Assembly: GCA_964487045.1 (NCBI GenBank)
Contig: CAZAOT010000003.1
Location: 3,730 to 67,729, forward strand
Reading direction: 5' to 3'
DNA: 64,000 nucleotides
From: an uncultured Candidatus Saccharibacteria bacterium
GTDB lineage: Bacteria > Patescibacteriota > UBA1384 > DTJR01
A program made the translations under genes and the position numbers. Below the pieces are notes generated by a model. The model searched no databases and was not told the origin of the DNA. It saw only the letters and a list, made by a program, of their open reading frames with translations. Shown piece after piece: positions 1 to 9,282 of this stretch. Numbering within the stretch: position 1 is the stretch's first letter; the number at the start of each line of letters is the position of its first letter.

Positions 1-169
1 CCTTGCTATACCTGATGTTTGTGGTTCCCTGATAACCGAGAGAATTTAAAAGGCCTATCGCGAAGAAAACACCCGAAAAACCCAAAAAACCAAGCACAAC
101 AGGAAAGCGCAAAATAAGATATGTTTTCTTTGCGAAACTAACGCTTGTTGCCCCTCCTGTGTTTTCCAT
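1..169 (-). CDS. Partial CDS at the window edge, N-terminus only; start codon at 169-167 on the minus strand. Hydrophobic membrane-protein-like N-terminus (MENTGGATSVSFAKKTYLILRFPVVLGFLGFSGVFFAIGLL...).
   Basis: Open frame running off the window edge, beginning 6 nt after the galU stop. Hydrophobic segment. No homology recognised. Confidence 0.3.
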   Translation of the reverse strand, partial: MENTGGATSVSFAKKTYLILRFPVVLGFLGFSGVFFAIGLLNSLGYQGTTNIRYSK

Positions 170-174
170 TTTAT

Positions 175-1038
175 CTATAGATTAGCGATATAGTCCTTTA
201 TCTCTCCGGCTAAGTCTTCTCGTTTTAAAGCTAATTTAATTGTGGCTTTAACGTAGCCCGCAACCTCTCCGGCGTCTAATCTCTCGCCGTCATATTCATA
301 AGCATAGAATTCGCGAGTAGATAAAAGTCCTTTGATTGCATCAGTCAACTGGATCTCACCACCAGTCCCCTTCGGAGTCTTCTCAAGCTCAGCGAAGATT
401 TCTTTAGGCAGAATATATCGACCCATAACAGCCAGGTTTGATGGAGCATTTTCTGGGCCTGGTTTTTCGACAATATCAACTATCCTAGAAATTCTTGGAT
501 CATCAGTTGGTTCAACTTTGACGATGCCATATCTCTTCTGCCCATCCTCGTCGGTCTTTTGGACAGCAATCACTGAGGCATTTTTGGCTTCGAGAACGTC
601 AATCATCTGTTTTAGGCAGGGTACTGGGCAGTCCATAACGTCGTCAGGCAGGAGTACGGCAAAATAGTCATCAGCTACAAGCTCTTTGGCCATTAGGACA
701 GCATGACCTAATCCTTGCGGCGGCTGCTCCTGACGACAGTAAATAAATTTTCCAAGCTGACCGGTAGCCTTAACTTTTTCGAGCAACTCAGTTTTACCCT
801 TTTCACTTAAGACCCTCTCGAGTTCGCTATTGGTGTCAAAATGGTTTTCAATCGAATGCTTACCCTGAGCAGTTATAAAGACCATTTCTCTAATACCACA
901 ACTCGCCACTTCCTCAACCGCATATTGAATAATCGGCTTATCTACAAGCGGAAGCATCTCTTTGGGTTGAGCTTTGGTCGCAGGCAAAAATCTAGTTCCA
1001 AGACCCGCCACAGGAAAAATAGCTTTATTTATCTTCAT
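175..1038 (-). CDS. galU: UTP-glucose-1-phosphate uridylyltransferase
   Basis: 287 aa. N-terminal AIFPVAGLGTRFLPATK nucleotidyltransferase motif, EMLP, VEKP. Typical GalU length and motifs. Confidence 0.9.
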   Translation of the reverse strand: MKINKAIFPVAGLGTRFLPATKAQPKEMLPLVDKPIIQYAVEEVASCGIREMVFITAQGKHSIENHFDTNSELERVLSEKGKTELLEKVKATGQLGKFIYCRQEQPPQGLGHAVLMAKELVADDYFAVLLPDDVMDCPVPCLKQMIDVLEAKNASVIAVQKTDEDGQKRYGIVKVEPTDDPRISRIVDIVEKPGPENAPSNLAVMGRYILPKEIFAELEKTPKGTGGEIQLTDAIKGLLSTREFYAYEYDGERLDAGEVAGYVKATIKLALKREDLAGEIKDYIANL

Positions 1039-1157
1039 AGACTAAATCCTTAAACTTATTTGCTTTAAATTTAACAAAATCTGGTTAAATTAACAACTAA
1101 TTTAGTATCAAAAAAGACGCCAGAGGGCATCTTCTTTGATGGAATACCTAAAGGCCT

Positions 1158-1532
1158 TTAGGTAACTTTTAGAATCCTAGTCTTAGCCTTTTCTTGCTTG
1201 GGGATCGTGATCGTAAGGATGCCGTCTTTTAAATTCGCCTGGGCTTTGTCGGCATCAACGGATATAGGCAAAACATAACTTCTAGAGAAAGATCCCCAAT
1301 AGCATTCTTGGCAGAAGTAATCGGCTTCGGAATTCGAAACTTCTTGGTGCCTTTGCCCTCGGACCGTCACAACCTCATCGGTTATAGATATCTCAAGATC
1401 CGCAGGCTTCACACCGGCAATCGGCGCCTTCACAATAACTTCATCAGGCGTCTGATACGCATCGATCGCCAGTTGACCCTCATATTCCTCAAGCCAACCC
1501 TCGTCCTCTAAACGGGTTTTTTCCTTTGCCAA
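1158..1532 (-). CDS. Hsp20/alpha-crystallin family small heat-shock protein
   Basis: 124 aa. Alpha-crystallin domain pattern (AIDAYQTPDEVIVKAPIAG...GILTITIPK). Confidence 0.85.
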   Translation of the reverse strand: MAKEKTRLEDEGWLEEYEGQLAIDAYQTPDEVIVKAPIAGVKPADLEISITDEVVTVRGQRHQEVSNSEADYFCQECYWGSFSRSYVLPISVDADKAQANLKDGILTITIPKQEKAKTRILKVT

Positions 1533-1572
1533 GTGCCCCTCCTTCTCCTTTACATAAATATTTTAGCGAGTA

Positions 1573-1860
1573 TTAATTTTTATTGCAAGGGTCGTCTTGG
1601 GTAAGGGTGAAAATAAGCCGATTTATCCTGGCATTAGAAGCCTCTTCGACCTCCTTGATGATCGATTCCTCTTGTAATTTGAGTAGGCTCGCCTTAGCCG
1701 GAGAGCTAACGAATATTTTTAAGACTCCACGCTTAAAACTTATTGGTGAGAACCTCCCCTTCGCAACCTTTTTCGCCGCATCACAAACAATCGAAGCATC
1801 ATAAGCTTTTTCTAGCCCCAACTTTCTCAATTTTCGCCTTAAGTCTTGTTCGATGCTCAT
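1573..1860 (-). CDS. DUF721/DciA-like protein immediately downstream of recF
   Basis: 95 aa basic protein. Conserved position after recF (the recF-DUF721-gyrB neighbourhood in many bacteria). 4-nt overlap with the recF stop. Confidence 0.55.
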   Translation of the reverse strand: MSIEQDLRRKLRKLGLEKAYDASIVCDAAKKVAKGRFSPISFKRGVLKIFVSSPAKASLLKLQEESIIKEVEEASNARINRLIFTLTQDDPCNKN

Positions 1861-2915
1861 TTAGTTATATTTATTATATTCGACTTATCTCTAAGCGCTA
1901 CCGGAACAGCTTCTAGATTTGTAGCTGATATAAAAACCTGCGAGACTTTAAACAACCCGAGCGATGACGAAACAGCCTCTTGCCTTGAATGATCAAGCTC
2001 GGAAAATACGTCGTCCAAAACAATTACCGGGTCCATCCCCTCTCTCGTCAGAAATTCACTTGAGCAAGCCTTAAACGCAACTGCAGCCAGACGTTGCTCT
2101 CCCCTCGATGCCCCAAGACGCATCATTTTCCCGTCAAGATAAAACCCGAAATCGTCACGATGCGGTCCGACCCCGGTCGAGCCAGACTCCAGGTCACTCT
2201 CTAGGTGCGCTGAAAGAACCTCCTCCAATCGGTCGTAATCGCAACTAGGGGCATATTTAAGTTTTAGCTCATATTTTCCGTTCATCAGACTCGAAAAAAT
2301 TTCTCCAATCGTCTGATTATAAAAATCTAGAAGATCCTTTCTTTTTCTGTAAATCTTTAAGGCGTACTCGCAAAATCTCCTGTCCCAGAATTCGAGTTCA
2401 TTTAATTTTGACCGGTTCTGGGCAAGCATCCTTAAAAGCGCGTTGCGCTCTTTAAGAATTTTCTTAAACGCCAATATGTCGAGCACAAACTGATGATCTG
2501 ATTGCACCAAGACCATATCCAGCTCTTGTCGCCTCAAGGCCGGGGCATCAAAAACTAGCTCAACCGTTTGGGGATTGAAAAAGACCTGAGGCTGCAAGCC
2601 AATTAAGTTTGAAACGGGACTTTTGACGCCATTGATTTTGATAAGCTTCTCTTTCTTCGCGAAGCCTATCTCAACGTCCGTGTAGTCCTCGAGTTTGACC
2701 ATTGCTTCGATCCTACCAGCCTCTTCCCCTGCCCTGATTACGAAGCTATCTTGAGCCATTGAGAGGTACTTGCCAAACCCCAGTAGTCCTATCGATTCGA
2801 GTATTGTAGTTTTGCCGGAGCCGTTGTTTCCGACAATCAGGTTCGCGCCCTCTTGAAATTCAAACTCTGACTTTTTGAACGACCTGATATTTGTCAGCTT
2901 GAGAGTTTTAATCAT
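1857..2915 (-). CDS. recF: DNA replication and repair protein RecF
   Basis: 352 aa. N-terminal Walker A GNNGSGKTTILE. SMC-like ABC ATPase architecture. dnaA-dnaN-recF synteny. Confidence 0.9.
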   Translation of the reverse strand: MIKTLKLTNIRSFKKSEFEFQEGANLIVGNNGSGKTTILESIGLLGFGKYLSMAQDSFVIRAGEEAGRIEAMVKLEDYTDVEIGFAKKEKLIKINGVKSPVSNLIGLQPQVFFNPQTVELVFDAPALRRQELDMVLVQSDHQFVLDILAFKKILKERNALLRMLAQNRSKLNELEFWDRRFCEYALKIYRKRKDLLDFYNQTIGEIFSSLMNGKYELKLKYAPSCDYDRLEEVLSAHLESDLESGSTGVGPHRDDFGFYLDGKMMRLGASRGEQRLAAVAFKACSSEFLTREGMDPVIVLDDVFSELDHSRQEAVSSSLGLFKVSQVFISATNLEAVPVALRDKSNIINITK

Positions 2916-2985
2916 TCAATTGCCGCCAAAGGGCGGCTCCAAACTTTTTACTTTTTACTTTTGAGTTTTAATTTGAGAAATGAGT

Positions 2986-4080
2986 CTACTCATTTCTAAG
3001 TGGCATCACGATATATTTAAAGCTACCGTCTTCCTTATCGAGAATCATACCTGGATTGAGTGCGCCAGAAAGAGCAAATACAACCTCCTCGCCGGTAATA
3101 GAACTCAACGAGTCGAGGATATACTTTGCATTAAATGCGACGACCAGCGGACTCCCCTTGGTAGAAGCGGGAACATGGCTTTCGGCGTCCCCTGTCTGAG
3201 AAGATATCGCCGAAATCACAAGACCACTTTCGGAAGCGGCTATTTTAATATTTCCGCCACCTTCTCGGGCAAAGATATTAGCCATTTTAATAGCCTCGGA
3301 AAACTCATTCTTATTCATGATTGATTCATGGACAAATTCCTTAGGGATGATCTGCTCGTAATCAGGAAAGGCGCCATCTATCTGCCTGGATAAAAATTCA
3401 ATCTCGGCAAATCTAAACTGGACCTGATTCTCACCAGCTGAAATTTCTACTTCAGTCTTATCAGAAGGCAAAATTCTAGAGAGCTCTCCGATCGTGCGCT
3501 GTGGGATAACAACATCAAGCTCGGACGCGACACCAAGCTCTATCGTTTTTTCGGCTAAGCGATAACTATCGGTCGCAACCATCACCAAGTTTGTACCGAT
3601 TGTGCGAAAGAGTATTCCGGAGAGAACCGGGCGGGTCTCATCCAGTGCGGCGGCAACTATAACAGAGAGGATGGCAGACTTTAGCACCTCAGCAGGTACG
3701 ACTACTTTCTTATCTGTTGCAACCTGTGGAATAATCGGAAATTCTTCTGCCGAGATTCCTTTGATCGTTACGTGTTGGCGGGCACCTTTGACACTGATAT
3801 CTGCCCCCTCACTAATTAGCTCCAAAGTCTCATCAGTGATGGTTGAAATATAGTCTAGCAAGGTCCTTGCAGGCACGGTGATCGCGCCTTCCTCATCTAT
3901 CTTAGCGCCAATTCTTTCGACTATGGCTGCCTCTAAATCAGTCGATGCGAGCTTAAGCCTACCTTTGTCTGAGGCAATTAGTACATTGCCCAAGACCGGC
4001 AGAGTCGCTCTTTGTTTAACCATTCTCGATACAGTCTGCAGCCCCTTAAGCAGGTTTTCACGCTTTACACTTATCTTCAT
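2986..4080 (-). CDS. dnaN: DNA polymerase III beta sliding clamp
   Basis: 364 aa, three-domain clamp length. Position directly downstream of dnaA. Confidence 0.9.
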   Translation of the reverse strand: MKISVKRENLLKGLQTVSRMVKQRATLPVLGNVLIASDKGRLKLASTDLEAAIVERIGAKIDEEGAITVPARTLLDYISTITDETLELISEGADISVKGARQHVTIKGISAEEFPIIPQVATDKKVVVPAEVLKSAILSVIVAAALDETRPVLSGILFRTIGTNLVMVATDSYRLAEKTIELGVASELDVVIPQRTIGELSRILPSDKTEVEISAGENQVQFRFAEIEFLSRQIDGAFPDYEQIIPKEFVHESIMNKNEFSEAIKMANIFAREGGGNIKIAASESGLVISAISSQTGDAESHVPASTKGSPLVVAFNAKYILDSLSSITGEEVVFALSGALNPGMILDKEDGSFKYIVMPLRNE

Positions 4081-4286
4081 ATTACTCCTTACTTATTAAC
4101 CACTTATCCACACTCCTCCTTATTGTCTTGTGGATAACTTTGTGGATAAACCTGTGATTAAAGCTAATTTGCGGTGCAAAGATCGGCTTTTACACAATCC
4201 AAGTGCGGTTTATCAACATAGTTTTCCACAGCCTGACAAGGTTCTATCCACTATTTCCACAGCCTTACTATTATTACTTTTTATAA
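4081..4286. promoter_or_regulatory. dnaA-dnaN intergenic DnaA-box cluster (oriC part 2)
   Basis: TTATCCACA at 4105-4113. TGTGGATAA at 4129-4137 and 4141-4149. TTTTCCACA at 4222-4230. TATTTCCACAG at 4252-4262. Confidence 0.7.
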
Positions 4287-5624
4287 TTAACTAATTGATA
4301 ATAGTTGATTACGTAGATTTTCAATCGATTCTTTAATCGACTTATCTATCTTCAAAAGATCAGCAATCTTTTTCTCCGAATGCATAATAGTCGTATGATC
4401 TTTTCCACCCATGATCTTGCCAATCTCTGGGAGAGACTTGGTCGTCTGTTCTCTGATTAAATAAATTGCAATCTGTCTAGGCAAGACCAATTCTTTTTTT
4501 CTTCTCCCGCTTATAATTTCTTCCTTAGTTACGGAGTAGTACTTGCATACCGCAGTGATGATTTCGGCAGTATCCAGTTTCTTATTGGAGGAGGAGATTG
4601 TGTCTTTTAAGACCGAGGACGCTAGGTCAAGGGTGGGGGAGGCGGAGTTGAATTGGCAGAAAACCATCAGTCTGTTGAGTGCGCCTTCAAGCTCTCGAAC
4701 GTTCGAGTGAATGTTTTTAGCTAGATAGTTAATGACGTCGTCGGTTAGTATAAATCCCTTTTCCTTACATTTTTCGCTCAGGATGGCGATCCTGGTCTCT
4801 AAGTTTGGTGGTTGAATATCTACCACCATGCCACCGCCGAAACGGCTCTGCAATCGACCCTCGAGAGCGGGGATTGCTTGTGGTGGTTTATCAGCGGTCA
4901 TGATTATCTGTCTAGAGCTTTGATGAAGCGAGTTAAACGTATGAAAAAATTCTTCTTGGGAACCTTCCTTGGCGGATAAGAACTGGATGTCATCGACAAT
5001 CAGGATATCTACATCGCGGTAGTTTCTTTTAAACTCATTCATTTTGCGGCTGGCGATAGCATTAATAAAATCATTGGTGAAGGTTTCGCAAGAGACATAC
5101 ACAATTTTAGTATCTGGAGATTTTATCTTGACCTCGTGGCCTATTGCTTGAGCTAAGTGAGTTTTGCCAAGACCAACTCCGCCGTAAATAAATAGGGGAT
5201 TGTGCTTTTTGCCAGGGTTCTCGGCTACCTCTTTAGCGACCGCAAAAGCCAGTGCGTTATTGGAGGAAACAACGAATTTATCGAATGAATAATTGTCGTT
5301 GAGATTTATTTTGCCGGTGTCGCGGGGGACTGACTTGCGCTCTTGGGGTTTGACTTCAAGGGGAATCCTTTCGGCTTCACCAGAGCTCTTAATCTTATAT
5401 TTAATATCTTTTATATCACTCTGAGACTTCTGGATCGCCTCCAGAATTTGCCGATCGTGCTTGCTCCTTAGCCAGTCTCTGGAGAAGAGGTTGGGACAAA
5501 TAACAGTAGCTGTGCTACCATCGAGTTCAAGTGAAGTTCCTTTAAACCAAGTCAAGAATTGGGTCTTTGGTAATAAGACCTCCATTTCACCTAGTACTGC
5601 CTGCCAGACTCTGTCGTTTTGCAC
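4287..5624 (-). CDS. dnaA: Chromosomal replication initiator protein DnaA (GTG start with SD AAGGAGAGG)
   Basis: 445 aa. AAA+ Walker A GGVGLGKTHL. C-terminal DnaA-box-binding domain. Flanked by DnaA boxes. Confidence 0.95.
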   Translation of the reverse strand: MQNDRVWQAVLGEMEVLLPKTQFLTWFKGTSLELDGSTATVICPNLFSRDWLRSKHDRQILEAIQKSQSDIKDIKYKIKSSGEAERIPLEVKPQERKSVPRDTGKINLNDNYSFDKFVVSSNNALAFAVAKEVAENPGKKHNPLFIYGGVGLGKTHLAQAIGHEVKIKSPDTKIVYVSCETFTNDFINAIASRKMNEFKRNYRDVDILIVDDIQFLSAKEGSQEEFFHTFNSLHQSSRQIIMTADKPPQAIPALEGRLQSRFGGGMVVDIQPPNLETRIAILSEKCKEKGFILTDDVINYLAKNIHSNVRELEGALNRLMVFCQFNSASPTLDLASSVLKDTISSSNKKLDTAEIITAVCKYYSVTKEEIISGRRKKELVLPRQIAIYLIREQTTKSLPEIGKIMGGKDHTTIMHSEKKIADLLKIDKSIKESIENLRNQLLSIS

Positions 5625-5873
5625 GCCTCTCCTTTGAAGATTGAAAAGTTATCCACAAGCAACCTGAGTGTAGGTTGAATGCTATCCTGTCGTCAAGTGC
5701 CCTGTGGATAACTTAATTTTAAACCTGTAAATAATCAACTTAGATAAAATATTATATGTTCTTGTTCGGCTTTTGTTTCCATCGCCTGTGGATAACTTGT
5801 GGATAATTGTGGATAACTTTTTTATTGATTGTTTTGAAAAATATTTTTTGATGACCTTGTTTCTAAGTTAGCC
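5625..5873. promoter_or_regulatory. oriC part 1: DnaA boxes plus AT-rich unwinding region upstream of dnaA
   Basis: TTATCCACA at 5649-5657. TGTGGATAA at 5704-5712. Three tandem TGTGGATAA at 5787-5795, 5798-5806 and 5808-5816. AT-rich tracts at 5720-5760 and 5821-5850. Confidence 0.7.
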
Positions 5874-5902
5874 TTGATCTCTAGTTGCGATTCTGTTATA
5901 TT
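5874..5902 (+). promoter_or_regulatory. Sigma70-like promoter of GC-rich cassette A (TTGATC-N17-TATATT)
   Basis: -35 at 5874-5879 and -10 at 5897-5902 with a 17-nt spacer. Followed by SD GAGGAGG (5930-5936) and ATG at 5943. Confidence 0.5.
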
Positions 5903-5942
5903 CATACGATTGCAATCCAGAATACTCTCGAGGAGGGTTGTC

Positions 5943-6779
5943 ATGTACATTGGCAGACAGATGTATGATGAATCTGGTCTGAAGCTTTTGCCTGAGGTTG
6001 AGCTATGCTTTGGGCCGAGCGGGCAGTGGGCTGATCTAGCTAAGCTGCTTATTCTTTACAGCGAGCATGACCCCTATGACGCCTGGCGTCTCTGGTATCG
6101 GGCTATCGCTACCCAGCTTAGCTTTGAGCAGATGCTTGGGCTCGCTGGTCAGATGATAACGATCGCTACTCTTCGCCTCAGCAATGGCTTTGGCTCTTTC
6201 CCGGCTCCTCCTTCCCAAGATGCCCTAAGTTACTACCTGAGGGGTTCGAGGGTCTTGTCGGCTGCTGTCCGTCGGCTTGCTGCCTGGCAGTTCGACGGAG
6301 AAGGCAAGTACAGCTCTTTCTATGTGTTGCAGGATAAGATGCAGCTTGAGACCGCGCAGACTATCTATCGTCTGCCGTGGGATATGCCCTGCAACTGCCC
6401 GGAGGATCTCTCTGAAATTCTCGGGCAGTGTTGCGATGCTCTCGGGCGTTACGGTGTGGGTCCAGTCGGTAATCGTGAGTTCACGATCAATGTGCCTTTA
6501 CCATACGCTACCTGTACGACGCAGGTATCTTTCCAGTTTTACGCCACTGATGCCAACTGGATGCTTCATGGCGAGATTCCTTGCCCAGATATTGGTGTGC
6601 CAGAGATCTGGGTGAAGTCATCTGATCATGACGACGCACCTGAGTTGATCAGCTTCGGGGGTGGCAATCTCGCTGGCCTGGTGGCCCGCCTCGGTTTGCA
6701 TCCTACGATGACTCGGACGCAGATCAAGGACATTCTCTATACCCGCGTAGCTTACAGCTCGCATCCGCATAAGAGGTGA
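5943..6779 (+). CDS. Orphan protein A1 (278 aa) in a GC-rich island; no recognisable family
   Basis: Long ORF in markedly GC-rich DNA. SD-supported ATG at 5943 (the listed ORF begins at TTG 5874, which is the -35 box). Cys-rich patch CNCPEDLSEILGQCCD. Confidence 0.55.
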   Translation: MYIGRQMYDESGLKLLPEVELCFGPSGQWADLAKLLILYSEHDPYDAWRLWYRAIATQLSFEQMLGLAGQMITIATLRLSNGFGSFPAPPSQDALSYYLRGSRVLSAAVRRLAAWQFDGEGKYSSFYVLQDKMQLETAQTIYRLPWDMPCNCPEDLSEILGQCCDALGRYGVGPVGNREFTINVPLPYATCTTQVSFQFYATDANWMLHGEIPCPDIGVPEIWVKSSDHDDAPELISFGGGNLAGLVARLGLHPTMTRTQIKDILYTRVAYSSHPHKR

Positions 6780-6784
6780 GTGCG

Positions 6785-7345
6785 ATGCGCATACATAGAG
6801 AGCATTTTGCTCGTTTGGCGGCAGGCTCGGGTGCCGAGTGGCCGTTCGAGTGCAATGAGTGCGACTTGGAGCGTTTACTCTACGCGCTCTGGCATGACAA
6901 GATGCCGCTTGACCGCCAGCGGGTGCGTGAAATCCTGCCTCGTCTTCTGGTCGAGAATGTTCCTCTTGAGGGATTGATCCGACTTGGCTACGAGTCGCTG
7001 GCGCAATTTGCTCATGCGCTTTACATCTACTACTCGCAGGACATAGCGATCCTCGCCCAGCGGGAATTCGAAAGTAAGAATGGTCGAGTTGGCGCCCTCG
7101 GCGAGCGATTCGAGCAGATGAGCAATGTGGTGAAGCGCTTGCAGCATCTTGTGCTTGTGATGCCTAAGCTGATGGCTGAGACCCACGGTAGAGGTGGTGA
7201 AGGCGCGTTCATGATTACTCGCATGATTGCTTTGGCTCCACTTGATGGTCTTCAGGAGATGCTCGGCGAACATGCTGGGCATTGCTATGACTGGACCTAC
7301 TTCCAGACTCTCAGTCGGGTGATTGATGAGTCGAAGGCAAGTTAG
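6785..7345 (+). CDS. Orphan protein A2 (186 aa), co-transcribed with A1
   Basis: ATG at 6785 preceded by AAGAGG. Starts 5 nt after the A1 stop. Same high GC. Confidence 0.5.
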   Translation: MRIHREHFARLAAGSGAEWPFECNECDLERLLYALWHDKMPLDRQRVREILPRLLVENVPLEGLIRLGYESLAQFAHALYIYYSQDIAILAQREFESKNGRVGALGERFEQMSNVVKRLQHLVLVMPKLMAETHGRGGEGAFMITRMIALAPLDGLQEMLGEHAGHCYDWTYFQTLSRVIDESKAS

Positions 7346-7364
7346 TCTAGTTGGCTCTCTTCAT

Positions 7365-7400
7365 GGGGGCGGGATAATCCCGCCCCCATATTGTTTTTTC
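7365..7400 (+). terminator. Intrinsic terminator of cassette A
   Basis: GGGGGCGGG-ATAAT-CCCGCCCCC hairpin followed by ATATTGTTTTTT. Confidence 0.65.
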
Positions 7401-7428
7401 AAGCAAAATAAGGTATATTTCTCATGTT

Positions 7429-7566
7429 ATGAGAAGAACATATCAGCCATCCAAGAGACGCAGAATCAAAACCCACGGCTTTAGGGCAAGACTTAAGAGT
7501 TTGACCGGTCGGCTTATTTTGAAAAGACGCAGAGCCAAGGGCCGCAAAAGATTAGTCACCGCTTAA
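7429..7566 (+). CDS. rpmH: Ribosomal protein L34
   Basis: 45 aa: [45 protein letters not shown]. Too short for the ORF track; found by reading the frame upstream of rnpA. Confidence 0.85.
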   Translation: MRRTYQPSKRRRIKTHGFRARLKSLTGRLILKRRRAKGRKRLVTA

Positions 7567-7575
7567 AGGTCTAAA

Positions 7576-7914
7576 ATGATCAAAAAAGAAAACCGACTCT
7601 CGGGCTCGAGGAATGTCGGTCGGGTCCTGCAAAAGGGGTATTCTATCAAAACCCTTAATTTATCATGCCGCATTATTTCTTCGAATCCTGCTGAACCTGT
7701 TAAGCTGACGGTTGTAGTTTCTAAAAAGGTGGCTTCTCGCTCTGTTGATCGAAACTTGATCAAGCGTAGGGTTAGAGAGGCTTTTGATGCTATTATCGCT
7801 CAAAAGCATGGTCTCTCAATGGTAGTTTTTCCGAGGATGTCCGCCAAAGAATTAGAGTTTGAAAAATTGAAAGAAGAGGCTTTGAAATGTTTCGCAAAAG
7901 CGCCATCTTCTTGA
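7576..7914 (+). CDS. rnpA: RNase P protein component
   Basis: 112 aa basic protein directly after rpmH (conserved rpmH-rnpA-yidD-yidC order). Confidence 0.8.
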   Translation: MIKKENRLSGSRNVGRVLQKGYSIKTLNLSCRIISSNPAEPVKLTVVVSKKVASRSVDRNLIKRRVREAFDAIIAQKHGLSMVVFPRMSAKELEFEKLKEEALKCFAKAPSS

Positions 7915-8123
7915 TAAGAATTTACCAGCATACCTTGAGCTTGGATCACGGTCCCTTGAGGGGGCTATTCCCAATAGGCTTTTGCCGCTATAATCCGACT
8001 TGTTCGCAGTATACTCTGGAAGCGATTGAAAAACATGGCGTGATCAAGGGCTCGGTGCTTGGCTCCTGGCGTATAATGAGGTGCAACCCATGGAGCAAGG
8101 GTGGCGACGATCCCGTAAAGTGA
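7887..8123 (+). CDS. yidD: Membrane protein insertion efficiency factor YidD
   Basis: 78 aa with the conserved YNPTCSQY ... GSW ... RCNPW motifs. Confidence 0.8.
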   Translation: MFRKSAIFLIRIYQHTLSLDHGPLRGLFPIGFCRYNPTCSQYTLEAIEKHGVIKGSVLGSWRIMRCNPWSKGGDDPVK

Positions 8124-8162
8124 TATATAAAGATTGATAATTAATAACTAAAACAAGGATTT

Positions 8163-8987
8163 ATGACACAATTTTTTTACAACCTAGTCGTTTTGTTCTC
8201 GTATCTGACCCCTCAGCATTATTTCTGGGTGTCGATCGTGCTGATCACTATCCTGATTCGCTTAATCTTCTTGAGGCCAACCTTCACGATGATGAAGACC
8301 CAGAAGAAACAGAAAAATGTTTCTAAGCGCCTTGCCGAGATAAAGGTGCAGTACAAAGACAATCCAAAAGCGCAGCAGGAAGCGACCATGGCTGTCTACA
8401 AAGAGGAAGGAATCAATCCACTTGGCTCTTGTCTTCCACTTATTATTCAGATGGTTTTGCTGTTTGGCTTTTATCAGATTTTCCGATTAAGCAACCTCGA
8501 TGTTGTAAAGACCGACATGCTCTACTCGTTTATGCCAAAGCCAGAGCATTTAAATACATGGTTCTTAGGCGTAGATCTCACGAAAACAGTCGCCGAAGTT
8601 ATCAAGGGTCCGGTTGGTTGGGTCGGATATATCTTCCCACTTCTAACTGGAGGTACTCAGTTGATCCAGTCCCTACAGGCCAGAAGTCTTCAGCCAGCTG
8701 CTGAAAAAGGTAGCAAAGAGGGCGATTTCTCACGTGCAATGACTGCCCAGATGACCTACTTCTTCCCGTTAATTACTACCTACATCTCCTACACTCTTCC
8801 AACTGCCCTTTCGATCTATTGGATTACTCAGACCGTCGCGATGATAATTCAGCAGTACTTCATCATGAAGAAATTCAAAGAAGAGGAGTTGGTTGCAGAG
8901 GAAGTCGCTGAAGTACTCGGAGCCAAGCAGATAAAGCAGTTCAAGAAGGGTGACGTAGTTGTTACGGTCAGAGACAAAAATAAATAG
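8163..8987 (+). CDS. yidC: YidC/Oxa1-family membrane insertase (short Gram-positive-like form)
   Basis: 274 aa polytopic protein following yidD. Conserved C-terminal TM core and basic tail. Confidence 0.85.
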   Translation: MTQFFYNLVVLFSYLTPQHYFWVSIVLITILIRLIFLRPTFTMMKTQKKQKNVSKRLAEIKVQYKDNPKAQQEATMAVYKEEGINPLGSCLPLIIQMVLLFGFYQIFRLSNLDVVKTDMLYSFMPKPEHLNTWFLGVDLTKTVAEVIKGPVGWVGYIFPLLTGGTQLIQSLQARSLQPAAEKGSKEGDFSRAMTAQMTYFFPLITTYISYTLPTALSIYWITQTVAMIIQQYFIMKKFKEEELVAEEVAEVLGAKQIKQFKKGDVVVTVRDKNK

Positions 8988-9124
8988 TTTACAAATTTCA
9001 AAGTCAGGCTAAATACTGTGGCTTGCCCCGTATTGTCCGCTTCTGGTGTGATTGGATGTAATCCAATAAGCCAGAAAGGATCGATACTGGGTTAGAGAAA
9101 AGAAGTAAGGTTAGCCTTAAAAAC

Positions 9125-9156
9125 AAAAAGACGACCTTCTTAAGGTCGTTTTTTTG
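9125..9156 (-). terminator. Hairpin terminator after the tRNA-Ser 3'-end duplicate
   Basis: Minus strand: AAAAAAACGACCTTAAGAAGGTCGTCTTTTTG. Confidence 0.5.
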
Positions 9157-9175
9157 ATGGCGGAGAGGGTGGGAT
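9157..9175 (-). repeat. Direct duplicate of the last 18 nt of tRNA-Ser (T-loop end + acceptor 3' strand + CCA)
   Basis: TGGCGGAGAGGGTGGGAT occurs at 9158-9175 and again at 9283-9300 (plus strand). Confidence 0.8.
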
Positions 9176-9245
9176 CCTCGGCAAGCTGGACAAAGTCCAC
9201 TTGCCTTGCGAACCAGTCGTCGTGGGTTCGATCCAGACCCACGCA
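9176..9245 (-). repeat. Conserved structured arm element between tRNA-Ser and its 3' duplicate; homologous to 47260-47336
   Basis: Minus-strand sequence ...CTGGATCGAACC...GTTCGCAAGGC-[GGCAAG...CTTGCC hairpin]-GAGG. The same blocks occur after tRNA-Gln, with a compensatory hairpin (GGCGAT...ATCGCC). Confidence 0.45.
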
Positions 9246-9282
9246 TAAACAAAATACCGGCATCCTGCCGGCATTCCGTTTA

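Noticed and set aside
332-1053. Plus-strand ORFs (111 aa, 70 aa) antisense to galU
   Set aside because: Fully contained within the confidently identified galU gene, with no signals.
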